A DNA stretch of 64,000 nucleotides from Rhynchobatus australiae (GCA_034780895.1 JAUZTB010000071.1:26936031-27000030); one strand, 5' to 3'. Positions 11,701-24,791 are shown, counted from the stretch's first letter. The notes: generated by a model not told the origin, from the letters alone. Made by a program: numbers and translations.

Positions 11701-13199
11701 TTTAGGATCAGATTATACTGCTTTGTCAATGTAATGTTTTGCCAGTAGTACGGCTGGGAGACTTGTCCAGCAGACTATACTATATAAATAGAGAAAGAAA
11801 ACAGAACCAAAATGTTGGCAGGCAAGATAATCTAATCAAATGAAAAGGAAAATTAACTTTTACTTATCATTCTGTGAATGGCTATTTCTTCCCAGTGATT
11901 TCAATGGGTCTCTGGAGTTATGCCAGGTCTGACCTGGGTTGGGCCCGGTGGGTAGCTTGCCCAGCCTAAGTACTCAGAGTTGAGGATGTCTGCACTATTA
12001 GATCCCATGAGGAGTCCACCAGGTGTCCCAGCATTGCCAGTTACCCAGATCCTGCATTTGGACATCCAGAGCTNNNNNNNNNNNNNNNNNNNNNNNNNNN
12101 NNNNNNNNNNNNNNNNNNNNNNNNNNNNNNNNNNNNNNNNNNNNNNNNNNNNNNNNNNNNNNNNNNNNNNNNNCCTGCATTTGGACATCCAGAGCTTCCA
12201 GCCAGATTAGTGGGTAAAAATTCATGAATTCAAGCAGATCTGCTGGCTTTTAACTGAAAGGTCAGTGGCAGTGATTCGGCATACTAAGCAACCTTCACCC
12301 TGATCCTCATGAGCTCTTAACCATTTGGCAATGCTTCCACTGCCTCAGCACCCCCATTTTCATCTTGAACCATTGCACCAATACAGGTGCCCCAAATTAA
12401 TTTCTAACCCTCCTGAAAATTTATTGTATAAAACCTTATTTTATCAATGTATCTAATTATATTTCTGGTGATTATATTTTAACAATATTGTTCTAGAGAC
12501 ATCAACAAGCTGCAGGCCTTTCATTATCAAAACAACTAGGAACAGCCAACTACAATTTATGTAACTGTAACTTATCACAATCATAAATTCTACAATCCAA
12601 TCTCCTCATAATCATTATTTTTCTATTGAAATATGCTGCTGTTTCTCTAATCTCCATTTGTTTGATGTCTGTCTTTTGCATTCATGAGACATGCTTTCAA
12701 GATTGAGCCATTATAAACTGGTCAGTCACTTGCTATAGATTTGAATTCTTAAAAGCACTCAAGTTTGTTTAGCACTGTAAAAGCAAGTATTAATGAAAAT
12801 TGTCATTTAAACTGGAAAAAAAACAGAATCAGAATGGAGGTCTGGCTGGTAGTTTAATCAGCTAGTTTAATTTTGGTATTGTCAGTTCATGGTGGTTTAG
12901 ACACAGCCTGCAGTATTTAACTGACTGTAAATTATTACAATTGTAAAGATACTATGTGAAGATTGAATTATGTCAAATTTTTTTGGTTTTGAAATTTACA
13001 ATCCCATTAGTGTAAAAATATCACCAGCATTCAGATGTTTTCTCTGTCAGGTCAGCATTAGGCATCTGTAATGTTCCCTCTCATGTGTCTTGTTCATTAT
13101 CAAGATAACCTTGGACTGATATTTTCTGGAAGTTGGCTCTCACCCTTGGTCTGGCATTGATAATTTGATTTCTTTGGTCTCCTCTGTCTGGTAGCTTCT

Positions 13200-13420
13200 T
13201 TATCTGACAGATAATCTCCAACATACCTTCCATGACTTTGCATTAACATTGGGTTCGTAATCCCCTCCGCTGCTTCTTTGCTTTCTCAAGGGACTGTTGG
13301 TACTAAATCATGGTTGTTCACTTCTCCATCACTAGCTGATATTCCCAAAGTACTTTTCTATGTAACTGGAGGTGGTGAAACTGGCTTCTTACCACAATGA
13401 TTTACAGTACCCATAACCTC
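13200..13420 (+). mobile_element. Highly decayed Penelope-like fragment
   Basis: 'ctttgctttctcaagggactgtt..gttcacttctccatcac..acttttctatgtaactggagg' resembles AFRRDRSLRD.LVHS..TFPCN. Confidence 0.4.
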
Positions 13421-13429
13421 TTTTCAACT

Positions 13430-13725
13430 GCAACAAGGACTTTCATTTGCTTTGCATATTTAACATTATAAAACATTTTAAAACTCTTCACAGAGTTATC
13501 AAAAAACTAATTTTGGACCATAAGAGGAGGAAGAAAGAGGTTTAAAGGGGATGGAAAGAGTGAAAAAGTAAAACCAGCAGAAGGATCTTTAGAGCCAAGG
13601 GCTTTGGCAACGTAGTCACCAATGGTAAAGAGTTCCACAAGAGGCCAGAATTAAGATACATTAGGACTCTGGATTATAGAGCTGGAAGAGGTAACGGAGG
13701 GATCTGAACTTGGCAAGAGTTTTTT
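13430..13725 (-). mobile_element. L2-like LINE 3' end remnant
   Basis: 'caacaaggactttcatttgc..tttaacattataaaacat..cttcacag' followed by purine-rich L2-type sequence. Confidence 0.45.
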
Positions 13726-16199
13726 AAATCAACCTGTGTTAAAGAGAGATTTACTTGCACGTAGTATATTCTGTTTACCATTCAGATTGCAGTATTCTCT
13801 TTTATTAGAAACATCAAATACAGGCCTGATCCCCACTTCTCTATTCCCACTCCCTCCCCCCTCCAATATCACTAAAATGTATTATTTAATTGTCATGTTA
13901 TTCATAATTTGACATGTATAACATTGGGAAAATTGGTTGCCATGTTCCCTACTGTATAATAATGACAACTTTCTTTTCATATCAGGTCCTTATTAACATA
14001 GTAAAATTATCTCATAACATCATTACTTTTGAAGTGTAGTCATTTATGTACTTAATCGGTTGTCAAATGCTTTCACAAATGCTGTGAAAGGCATAGCGTA
14101 AGGGCAATTTAATTTCCTTAGTTATTTTCTTGATTTTGCTGCTGGATTTGCCATCTCGTCTTCCTTTCCTCTTGGGAGGCTTGTTTAACATGCCTGTTTT
14201 ACATGCCTGACTGAGAGAATCTTCCAACAGCATAAAACCATTTATAGTTCTTTTAAGCATTTTGAAATATATTCACCAACTATTAACCCAGTAGCTGAAC
14301 TCATGAATCATTAGTACAGATGTTTTCAAAGTTTTTCTTGTGTGGTGTTGGAGAATGGGCATTCTCAGAAGCTGTTCATGTACAGTTGAGGATCCCCATT
14401 AAGTATTGACATCTGACCATAAATCACAAGGAATTATTGATGCTTGTGTCATGCCCTGGCTCTGCCTTCTGAGAGACAATATTGGATACCAAAAGGAAAA
14501 CTTTGCTATCATAGCTGAAGGTCAAATTAAAAATATAATCAGGGAAAAGAAGTGCCGTCAGTCAATAAGTGCAGATAATTATATAAACAAAATGTGATAC
14601 TAGATGGACAAGCATGATTTCAGAAATCCCTTTGAAGTGTCTTGTTAACTCCGTGAACTGGGAACTATAGTTTGAAAATGCTAATTTAACAAAAGTGTAC
14701 GTTCTCACTTTTTATTACCCGTCCCTTATTTACATTTTTAAATGAATGAACTCCAGACAAATAAAGAAAATCAGAAGACCCAGTCCTCCCGGGTACTTGT
14801 CCTATCTATCATGACAGCTGGTTGTGGAGCAAAGCTGGAGTTAAAATGGGNNNNNNNNNNNNNNNNNNNNNNNNNNNNNNNNNNNNNNNNNNNNNNNNNN
14901 NNNNNNNNNNNNNNNNNNNNNNNNNNNNNNNNNNNNNNNNNNNNNNNNNNNNNNNNNNNNNNNNNNNNNNNNNNNNNNNNNNNNNNNNNNNNNNNNNNNN
15001 NAATCTCAGAAATAATATTTGTCCCTTGATCCAATGTTAATGTGATAGATTATTCTGCACTCCGGCACAGGGCACAGAATATTTGCAGAAGCTTGTAAGT
15101 AAGTCATGGAAATTTACTAGCATTTATGTAAGATTTAAATCCCTTTTACAGATGCTTGAAAGGTAGTTTCCTATTGTGTACTCGACTAGAATTGGTGTTG
15201 AAAATTACAGTTGCAGATATCTTTCCGAAGGTACCACACCTCAATATCGTTCCAGATGATCATGGAATCATTAAGGTGCAGGAGGCTCCTTAACCCATCA
15301 GTCCTAATCTGATTCTCTGTTAGAGATCCAATTAGCCAATTTTTCCAAGTGTATCTGCATTTTTTTTTCATATAAGTACATATCCATGTCCTTTCAGAAA
15401 GCAGAAAGAAGGCCAATGCTTCCTATGGGAGCTAGAAGAAACATGCTTATTATTCTTGGCCCATGATAATTCTGGAAAATGTACTTACCTTCTGGAGGTG
15501 GTGACTTCCAGCTTTATTTTGCTGCTGGGTTTCCTGAGCCATAGGAAACCTGAGCTGTACCAAATAAGTACAGTTCAAAATGGACTAAAAATCTAATTTG
15601 CATATTAGTAAGATGCAAGACCCCTTCAAAGAATGGACATTTGGAGACAATAATTCACCTCTCACCACTACCCAAGTTGAGAAAAAAAATCAGGCAAATG
15701 TTGATTGCATTCTATTTGATTGGAACATTACTCCTTTTTTGGGTTTACCATTTTACCCACGTTCCCCTCCCTATTTTTGAGGATGCTAATCTTGAGGACA
15801 TAATTATTTACATCATTCTGTTCTCTGTATTCTTCCTGCTATTACCATCTTTTTGTATATTATTTACTCCTTTCTATTTTTCTTGCTGTCCAGTGTCTCC
15901 TTTTCATTTAGCATTCCTGTCATATCACATTTCTTTCTATCCTTTAGCTTAATTTTTCTTATTGTTTGTTGGATCACTTTTCTCATATCTGCTGGTCCCA
16001 TACATCAAATTTTGCCTTCCACTCGATCCTTCAACCTCTACGTAATGTTTGTTTTCTTTCATAGCAACTTTGTTAGAATCTCTGCATTTGTAGATTCTTG
16101 TATATTAATTCAGTTTCTACTCCTCCAATTGCTCCCTGAGATCTGCTTTCTGCTTCAATTCAATCCAGCTTCTGCTGACTGCTGCCCATGATTGCACAC

Positions 16200-17795
16200 C
16201 TACAGAAAATGGATCCATTTCTCCACATCATTCTGCATTAATGATATGCTGAACCTCCACTGATGCCTTATTCTGTTACTTCATCTTGATTAACTCCCTC
16301 TCAACTGAACCCATGAGTGTCCTGTGTGCATCTGTCAATACTCTATGGCACCCAAGGCATAATTCCAATTCGTCAGTTTGGAGAGACCATATTGTCATTG
16401 TAATCATGAGATGTACCAGTCCTCCATTATTTTGTCTTTTCTAATCCATATTTTAATCTTCCAAAGACTCCTGGCAATTTCTTTGTTAAGAAGCCTTTTT
16501 TTCAGCTTCAGTGATTCCAAGCTGTTTCGCAACTTCCCTTGCCCTCCTTCTCCAACTCCACTATCCCACTGGCCCTTCTCAGTCTTCATATAAATTTTCA
16601 TACTTGCTTTATTTTCACACATTCTGTAATCTAATTAACTGCCATAGAATGTCTGCACTTGCAGTCTTGATGCAGGCAAGGTTATCTATCTCCTTCCTTG
16701 GCCCTCATTCTATTGACATCTCTGTTCAAACTAATCTCAGCACCTACCAGTGAAGTAAATCCTCAGACATATAAACTGTCTCCTTTTTCTCTCAAGGCAT
16801 CTCTGCCACTGATGATTCTTCAGTCACCTTTGTCTAATTCCTGTTCACTCAACTTCTCTTCCTATTCATTATACCAGCTGTTATTATCCTTCTTTTAATG
16901 TTCCAAGTTGTTGTTACTACTCTCTCTTTAAATTCTTCATTCTCCCTCTTCACCATCAATTATTCTAGTTGTTACCCTTATCTCCAAACCTGTTTTCCTA
17001 TTGACGGCTTATTGAAAGTACCATGCAACTCCATGCTCATCTGTTCAGTAACTTCTTCCTGAATTCCTTTCAGTTTGGTTCTTGTCTTTCTCAGTGATGA
17101 CCTTTTCAATAATTACATCTTTACTACTTCAATAGAACCAGTCCATCCCTGACAATGGCCTTGTTACCATCCAGTCCACAATGCCTCTGGAGTCCCCCAT
17201 TCATTCTTATGGATGCATTCCCTTCCTCATTCACAAGCACAGAGTGAAATTCTATTATGTTTGTTTAACATGCCCAGCTTGACCCCATGACTGTCTCTGT
17301 GATATCAGACCATGAAATTCTATCACAGTAATTTATAACTTCCTTCAGTTCAACAAGTCATCATTAATTACAGCCACAAATACTGTCTTTGAGTTTTAAC
17401 CCTCTTTCACTACTTCCTCAAGGTGCCTCAGTTCTGTTGCAAGCTTGGCTCTTGGTTTGGTCTTGAACTCAGCCTTGTACTCCCAGAACCAATTGATCAT
17501 TGTAACTGAGTATTTCCAATTCCACAATATTGCTCACCTGCCATTGATGTCCTCATCCTGGTTTTCCTGTGTATTTCCCTTTCCATGGCTCTGCCTTCAA
17601 CTGGCATGTTATTAATTTTTGGAACAGCTCCCTAAATCTATCCAATTTGTATACCTCAAAACACTTATCAAAACCTTTGAACAAGAGTTCTGTCAACCCT
17701 TCTAATCTGTATCTATCTCCTTAGCTTGACACCTGTTTCCTTTACTTAATACTGGGTATTTTTATCATTAAGATTTTAGATAAATGCAAATAATT
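16200..17795 (+). mobile_element. Ancient L2-like LINE remnant
   Basis: C/T-rich decayed RT-like stretch ('cctctggagtcccccatt') ending in the L2-type tail 'gggtatttttatcattaagattttagataaatgcaaat'. Confidence 0.5.
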
Positions 17796-19054
17796 TTCTT
17801 CTCATGCTTACTTTATTCTTCCTTATTTGGTATTAATGTAATGCACAACCTTCGGGGGGAAATTTTCAGTCTGATTTCCTTTTCCTCATTTCACTTTAAA
17901 TTTTTATTTGTAAATTGACATAAGCTATTCAAATTGTCTGGTTGAAAATCTGCTGCAAAACAGTTGTGGTATGAAAAGGAAAATCTGCACGCGTTGTTTT
18001 GACTGGCTTAAAATAAAATGTTCAATTTTGCAGTCCCAGTTCTACAGTCAGACTGACGCCAGTGGGAGCAGAGGAACTGGCTGAATGTAGGATGCAGTCA
18101 CTTTTGGGAGAACTGAAAATTTGAATTGAATAAAATAAAGAAACTTAATTGGCCTAGACTTGCAACTATGCTCTGATCTCATAAGGCATTTGGCTCTTTT
18201 CTTATATTTAAGTTAGCAACATTAAATTGAGTGATGCCTTTAACAAGAAGTTGGCTAGGATGAATCCATTATCTACGTTCTCTGCAATCCTGCACTTTGG
18301 GCTTATGTAGTTGTATAATTGGTGAATGATACTGCCACAATGAGCAACATGACTTCCATCTATTCTATTTGATTCTGACTATACATTCTTCAAGATACAG
18401 GTGTATATTGATGGGAAAACATGGGTGATGCTGGGGATACAAACTCGGAACCATGCATGGCCACAGTTCGTTGCTCAACGCAGCGCAGAGTGAAGCCTTT
18501 GATTCAGAGTCTGACTCAGCTTGCATTTGCACAGAGGCTAGTCCCTGAAGTGCTTCTCACCTCAGCTATTTTATTGAGTGTTTTGTTAAATAAGAGGCTG
18601 CACTATGGGTTATTAAAAGCCAATCTTTCTGTCTAATCATAGATATGCACAATAGGAGATTGCAGATAGGATGACGTCAGATCAGGATTTAATTTGAAAA
18701 ATTCTTACTATAAAGAGGAGGGTGATACTTCGGGATAATCAGGGTATAAATGGCAAATAACATCGTTTATACTTTACTGTCTTTGATTTGGATTTAGTTT
18801 ATAACTCCAGATGCAAAACTAGCATTGATGAACTCATGGTGGGCTGAATGTCCTTCGGCATTGTTAATGGTGTGATCTCATTTTTAAAGTAGGAGTGGAA
18901 AAGATAAGTCACTAATAAATGTGGTGGATAAGGGGGGGAGCTTCTTAAATTGAAGATAAAACAAAATGCTGAGAATACTCTGGTCAGATATCTTTTGTGC
19001 CACAGAGAGCTGTGGGAGCAGAGTCTGCATGCATATTTAATGCTGATCAGTGAG

Positions 19055-19182
19055 GAGATCAATTGTTATGGACAAAGGGCAGGAGAGTGAATGAGGAATA
19101 TCATATCACCCATAATCTTATTGAATGAAGTAGGTTCATGGAGCTGAATGGCCTACTCCTGTTCCCACTTCTTACTGTGTTG
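19055..19182 (+). mobile_element. CR1 3' tail
   Basis: 'cataatcttattgaatg..gagctgaatggcctactcctgttccc'. Confidence 0.65.
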
Positions 19183-19184
19183 TG

Positions 19185-20634
19185 CCTTCATTGGAATAGA
19201 GTACAATGCCAAGGTCAGAGTGGCAGTAGAGTGAGGGATTAAAATTGGATGGTAGCTTGCATCATTTTGGCAGACGAAATGGAAGCATTCCATAAAAGTG
19301 TTACTGAGTTTGAGTGTGAAGGAGACCATATCATGAGAACCAGATTCAGGACAGTAGGTTGAAAGAAGTTTTTTTTTAATTTAAATTTTTTTGACTTTTA
19401 TTTACAGCATGGTAACAGGCCCTTCCAGCCCAATGAGTCCACGCCGCCCATTTTAAACCCTAAATTAACCTACCCGTACGTCTTTGAAATGTGGGAGGAA
19501 ACCGGAGCACCCGGAGGAAACCCACGCAGATACGGGAGAACGTACAAACTCCTTACAGGCAGCGGCGGGAATCGAACCCAGGTCGCTGGTGTTGTAATAG
19601 CATCGTGCTAACCACTATGCTACTGTGCCGCCCCTTGCTACCGTGCCGCCCCAAATTGCTATTTTACTGAAAGATATATTTTGAGACCGAGAACAGCACC
19701 AAGAGAGAAAGTTAAAAAGCAAAGGATGCATCTGCATGGCAGGTGCCTTTGGGAATGAAGAGGGCATGTTGACTGTGATTAGGAAGTAGACCAATCTTTA
19801 TGTGGAAGGTATGGTTTCCTTGGAAAAATAAGGAGGGAGGGCAAAATATGCTTGATGGTGGCATCATACGACGGTAGTGGTAGAAATCGCAATGAATATT
19901 CTGTTCAGTATGGAACCTGATAGGGTAGATGGTGAGAAAAGGTAACAGTCCTGTATTTCTGGAAATGAGAAGAGGCTTGAGGAAATGCATATTCACATAA
20001 TGAAGAAAATGGAATCTGTACTGAAAGCACTGCTATGGAAAGATGCAATGAGAACATTGAAACTGAGAGAATGGACGAGCCTCTGCAGGATGTGGGGTGG
20101 AAGGAAATATGGCCAAGGTAGCCGTGGGAGTCTGTAAACTTATAGTAGATACTGACCTGCAGCTTATCCCCACAAATAGAGATTAAAAAGGTCAAGGAAA
20201 GAAAGGAGAGAGCTGAAGATGAACTATGTTGAATGCAAGGGGAGGAGGGAAATTGGAAACACTGTTGATCCAATTTCAAGAGAGCAGGCAACATTATCAT
20301 CAATGTACCATCAAAGTTATACCCCATCAAAAGGCAGCATAACTTAGTTTCCCAGAACAACCCTATTTATTTGGATCATGGTAATGGAGTCAACAGATAA
20401 TTTGTTTGATGAAAGAACGAGTTCAGTCAGATGTGAGAAGAGCACTGGTGAACAGGTTATACCCTGTTCGTGAAAGCATTCTTGCTGGCCTGGTGGGAAT
20501 GAAGGTGCAGAGAGTTTGGATATCTGTGGTGAACAGGAAATTATTGTTGTCAGGAAGCCTAGAACTGCTTTAGCGTGGTGGAGGACATTGGAAGGGTCAC
20601 AGATATAAGTGGGTGGATACTGGGAGAGAAAAGA
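19185..20634 (-). mobile_element. Penelope-like retroelement body (RT to GIY-YIG), interrupted by a SINE
   Basis: ORF 19905-20360 'LSFLSL..ISICGDKLQVSIYYKFTDSHGYLGHISFHPTSCRGS' matches the PLE pattern LPFLD..ISGD.L...YYKPTDSH.YL...S.HP..C. The element is contiguous across the SINE ('gaaagaagt|aaattgct'). Confidence 0.82.
19369..19652 (-). mobile_element. Young tRNA-derived V-SINE, CpG-rich, A-rich tail
   Basis: A box TAGCATAGTGG (19612-19622) and B box GGTTCGATTCC (19568-19578) on the minus strand; V-domain 'gtacgttctcccgtatctgcgtgggtttcctccgggtgctccggtttcctccca'; CR1-type tail 'gaagggcctgttaccatgctgta'. Confidence 0.92.
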
Positions 20635-21884
20635 NNNAAATTGTCTTAATAGTGTTCAGATCAGAGATGATTAGATTGCAGAACACACTACACAAGAGAG
20701 TTGAAACAAATAGCATAAATACATTTAATACGAAGCTGAAGAAGAAAAATATAGAAGGGCATGATGGGAAGGAAGATGCGTCAAGGTGGAAGGAGGATGT
20801 TGTGGCCTGTTGAGATACATGTCATTTTTTGTGCTGTACATACCTTGCAAATTCCAGCTTGCTATAGTTGCTCAAATAATCTAATGTATAAATTTGAGTT
20901 CATTTTAATAATGGAATTGTAGACTTCACTTCATATTACCAAAGTGATAACAAAGACATTTGTTTATGTTGGTTTTCATTTCTTAAATAAACTAATTTAA
21001 TCAGGTATTAGTTTTTGATGTGCTTATTCTGCATGTGTTCACATTGCATCAGTGCTATTCTTGGAGTTTGTGCAACAGACACTGCCTTCTTCTTTAAAAA
21101 GCATACTGTCACACAGCACCAAGGTCACATTTGTTTGACCTCTAACAACATAGTGACCAGGGCAGCCATTTAGGACAGACATATTGCACTAGCAGTTGTG
21201 AGACCCATCTGTTCCAAACAGCTGCTCCAGGGTTCAACNNNNNNNNNNNNNNNNNNNNNNNNNNNNNNNNNNNNNNNATCACTTAACAAGTGATGTCTAC
21301 TGATTGTGAAAGATCTTAAAGTGTCTGGAGATATCGCATACCAAACTTGATTATTGTGCAAGAGCTAATGATGTGAGTAGTAATGACTTGCAGAGTAGTG
21401 TGCCCCAAAAAAATACATATTTGATTATCTGCAGTACTTTAAATATTTCATCTTGTTGCTCCTCTCTAAGTAGGGCATCTAATTTGTCCTTCTACGTCAC
21501 CATGTTGAGGTAAAGACTCATTGCACTGTCACCTCATTTTCTTTTCATTCTTTCCCACTTGCTCATCATTGTCGTCTCCTCACTTCCTTTTCCAACACAA
21601 TCTGAAGTATTTAATTTTCCTTTGGCCTATGTAACTATGATGGCTGGATTTATCTCAGACTCTAATTCCAGTCTTTGTGGCAATAAGGGCATTGGTCTTC
21701 CTCAGTTTCTCATCAGACAAAAACTACTACAAATAATAAGTATTATCAGGTATGTACAAAGAATGATTTACACAATCAACCTACTCAGACCCCTAACTGA
21801 GAAACAAGGAAGTTTTTAGTTTTTTTTAAACTATTTTCATCCAAGTCAAGTGCCCAAGATCCATATATTTATTATTAGTTGTTC

Positions 21885-22232
21885 TGTTAGACAGATGTTG
21901 GGATGTTTTCACTAATGGGACAGTCTCAAACATGGGGTCATAACTACAAAATCAGGGGCTGGCCATTTAAAACTGTGGTACATAGAATTGTTTTTCTCAC
22001 AGAGGGTGGTGAATCTCTGAAATGTTCTGCCCTAGCAATTGATACAAGCTGGATCATTCAAAGTATTTAATGTGGAGGTGGATAAATACTTGATACGTTG
22101 AGGGGTATGGAGAAATAGCACAGGAGTTGAGGCCACCATAGACCAGCCATGATCATATCAAATGGTGGGGCAGGTTGAAAGGCCTGATGACCTACTCCTG
22201 CTCCTATTTACTTGTGTGTGTTCTTGTGTGTG
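21885..22232 (+). mobile_element. CR1 3' fragment
   Basis: 'ttctcacagagggtggtgaatctc', 'cagccatgatcatatcaaatggtgggg..cctactcctgctcctattt'. Confidence 0.8.
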
Positions 22233-22599
22233 ATGTAGTTACACAATCTATATTGTCTATATGGCGTACAGCCTGACAGTTTCAAGCCACTTTCTAGCCA
22301 TTGCCATAGCAACAAAAAAATCCTATTTATCTAGTATCTGTTCAGAGAAAAATGTTGGCTTCAAATCAACCAAGAGAATTGAGTGCAATGTTTTCCTTGG
22401 TGAGGTTCTTGTCTGCAGTTCAATCCTGACTCCAGATTTGTGCCATTAATTTTGCTCATTCCTCCAAACATATGTGGGGTAAAAGGGTTTTAAACAGAAG
22501 TGAGAGAGCAGAATGTAGTGTTTACAAAACAGTACATCACATGCATTAATCAAATGATGGAGAAAAATGGTTGTTTCTTGTATAAAATAATTTTTTTAA

Positions 22600-22790
22600 T
22601 AGGCTACAGTTGCAGGAAGTCTGAAATATAACAGAAAATTCAAGCAGTAGGATCAGGTACTATTTCAAATTTAATTTGCTGATTTATATTTAAGAAAACA
22701 GATTTCTGATGAATGGAAATATCTTCAGCATTTAACTGTATTTTCTCTATGGATGCCCTCTTACTCTACTGTTATGTTTCCAACATTATC
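22600..22790. mobile_element. Decayed two-armed Penelope terminal-repeat element
   Basis: Left arm 'ctacagttgcaggaagtctgaaatataacagaaaat', centre 'ctgatgaa', right arm 'ttaactgtattttctctatggatgc..tttccaacatt'. Confidence 0.45.
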
Positions 22791-23857
22791 AAATGGAGCT
22801 ATTAGGGGTCCTTTCCATATTTATAGAGCAATGAAATGATGTAGATTTTTATTAATTATTGGTTAGTTGCGAGGCATCATATATTTGCAAATATTTAATG
22901 GAGATCTTGATATTATTGGTTACTGTATTTGAATAATATGAGATGTGCTGTGTGCCATGTGCTTTTGAGGAACAGATGACTTCAGATCTGTGGTTCTGAA
23001 AGCTCCCCACCACTTAGCTCCCTACCTTTTGTAATCTCTATAGATGAATTGATTGTTTGCTATTATAAGTAACAACTTCCATTATCATCATATCATGCAG
23101 CTACCAGAACCTCTGGAAAGTGCACTAGATGTGTGTTGGTCTTTTTCTCAGCTTGCAATTTCTATGTTCTGTTAAAAGACTGGAAGTATTTAACAACCCA
23201 GTTATTCAGTGGTTATTAGTTACAGATGTAGGCTCCTATAGTAACAGCAATAATTCCAATGCATTTCCTGCCTATTTCAACTAGTTCCAGATTTAAAATC
23301 CCAACTGTTAAGGGCATTCTTGCAGAGATAGGATTTAGCACCTGTCTGAATGCTTTAATTAAAGCAAAACAATCCTGGTAATGTACAGCTGCCTCGATGC
23401 CTGTGTCAAGAGATGGGGTTTGTGTATCAAAGCATCATCCTCNNNNNNNNNNNNNNNNNNNNNNNNNNNNNNNNNNNNNNNNNNNNNNNNNNNNNNAAGT
23501 TTCCATTTTCTGTTATTTCCCTCTGTAAGCAGAGAATGGAAGAATCTGCTTGTGACATGCCATGCTTCCCCAGAACAGGAGCTGCAGCTTGCTGGTGGTG
23601 TGCTTCTTTCAGGCACAAGGAAGTCAGTGGATCATGTGCTCTGTTGCCTACAGCCAGAAGTCTTCTGACTCTCAGAGCTGGATGTGAGATACTCAGCACT
23701 CAGCCTCCATTTAAACTGTGTGATTTGGTTAACATAATTTTGATGAAGAGTGAGGCACATCTCACTAGTTATCTGTATCTACAAAGCACTTACCAACAAC
23801 AATGATTCTTTGCAATACCCTTCTTGGTGCGCTGTGAATATTGGTGTCTTTGATGTA

Positions 23858-23970
23858 TGGCAGCTGTGTCTCAGTGGGTAACTATTTCCAGAATGTTCAA
23901 GGTCAAGGCTCAGACCACACGTGTACCAAGACCTAGAGAGAAAGGCATGCAGGTTCACTTTATTCACTGA
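23858..23970 (+). mobile_element. Deu-SINE (SacSINE-like) head remnant
   Basis: 'ctgtgtctcagtgggtaac...ccaagacctagagagaaaggcatgcaggttcac'. Confidence 0.35.
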
Positions 23971-24791
23971 CATCATTGGTCTGTTATTACATATTTTACT
24001 TGACCCTGTGGCGTTGACTAACCCCCTTCATCTGCTTTCTGCCAGGTCTGGCAAAGAAAGTTATAATTAACACTGCTTATGTTGTATCCATTCCTGCCAC
24101 AAACTGGTACTGGACCCAAGCGTCACCAGTAAATGTAATCAGCTGTATGATCAGGGGGCTTTATAGGCCAATCACACCTTACAGAGAAGTAACAGATGGC
24201 AAGAACACCACTTATAAACTATTTAAATATGGAAATTGGGCTACAAAGCTACAATTAACGGTGCCTTTCCAGTTTGGTCAGAAGAGGCCCTATAAGTTAA
24301 TTTTTAAAAATATATTACAAATCAGCCTTCTGGGCCTTCCAGCCATTCCATTACATTCTTAGATAATCAGTTCTGACCGGCTTATAGATAATATACAATA
24401 GATAAATAGGCCAGTCAGCACAATGTATTCATGCCAGAACTTATGCTCCACTTGAGTCTCTTCACATTCTTCTTCATCTATCTGCACAACCCACAATTTC
24501 CTTTTCCTTGTATGCTTCTCCAATGCCTCTAACTGCAAACATACTATTTGCTCTAGTTGTTTGCTTTAGCCGTATTGTTTGGCAAGTGGCAAACCAGCCA
24601 GTCAACTGAGACTCCTGACTGCTCATAAAGGAGGAGTAAATAATCACCCCCATTAGTCTGATGTCAGTATAAAGGAACATTCAAAAGTGGGAAGGTACAC
24701 AGATGGTGATAGTTCTAAAGTAAATAAATTCAAACAAAAAAAATTGGTATTGCGTGCAGGTTGTGAAGAAAGAAAATGGGAAATGTGTGAC

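Noticed and set aside
12051-12196. Exact 23-bp direct repeat flanking a 100-N gap
   Set aside because: Same contig-overlap artefact.
15641-16191. Hydrophobic ORFs resembling membrane proteins
   Set aside because: Product of T/C-rich low-complexity DNA; no recognisable domain or supporting gene structure.
19560-19630. tRNA gene (also 39368 and 62395)
   Set aside because: The A/B boxes belong to SINE heads that continue into SINE body sequence; no complete cloverleaf is evident.
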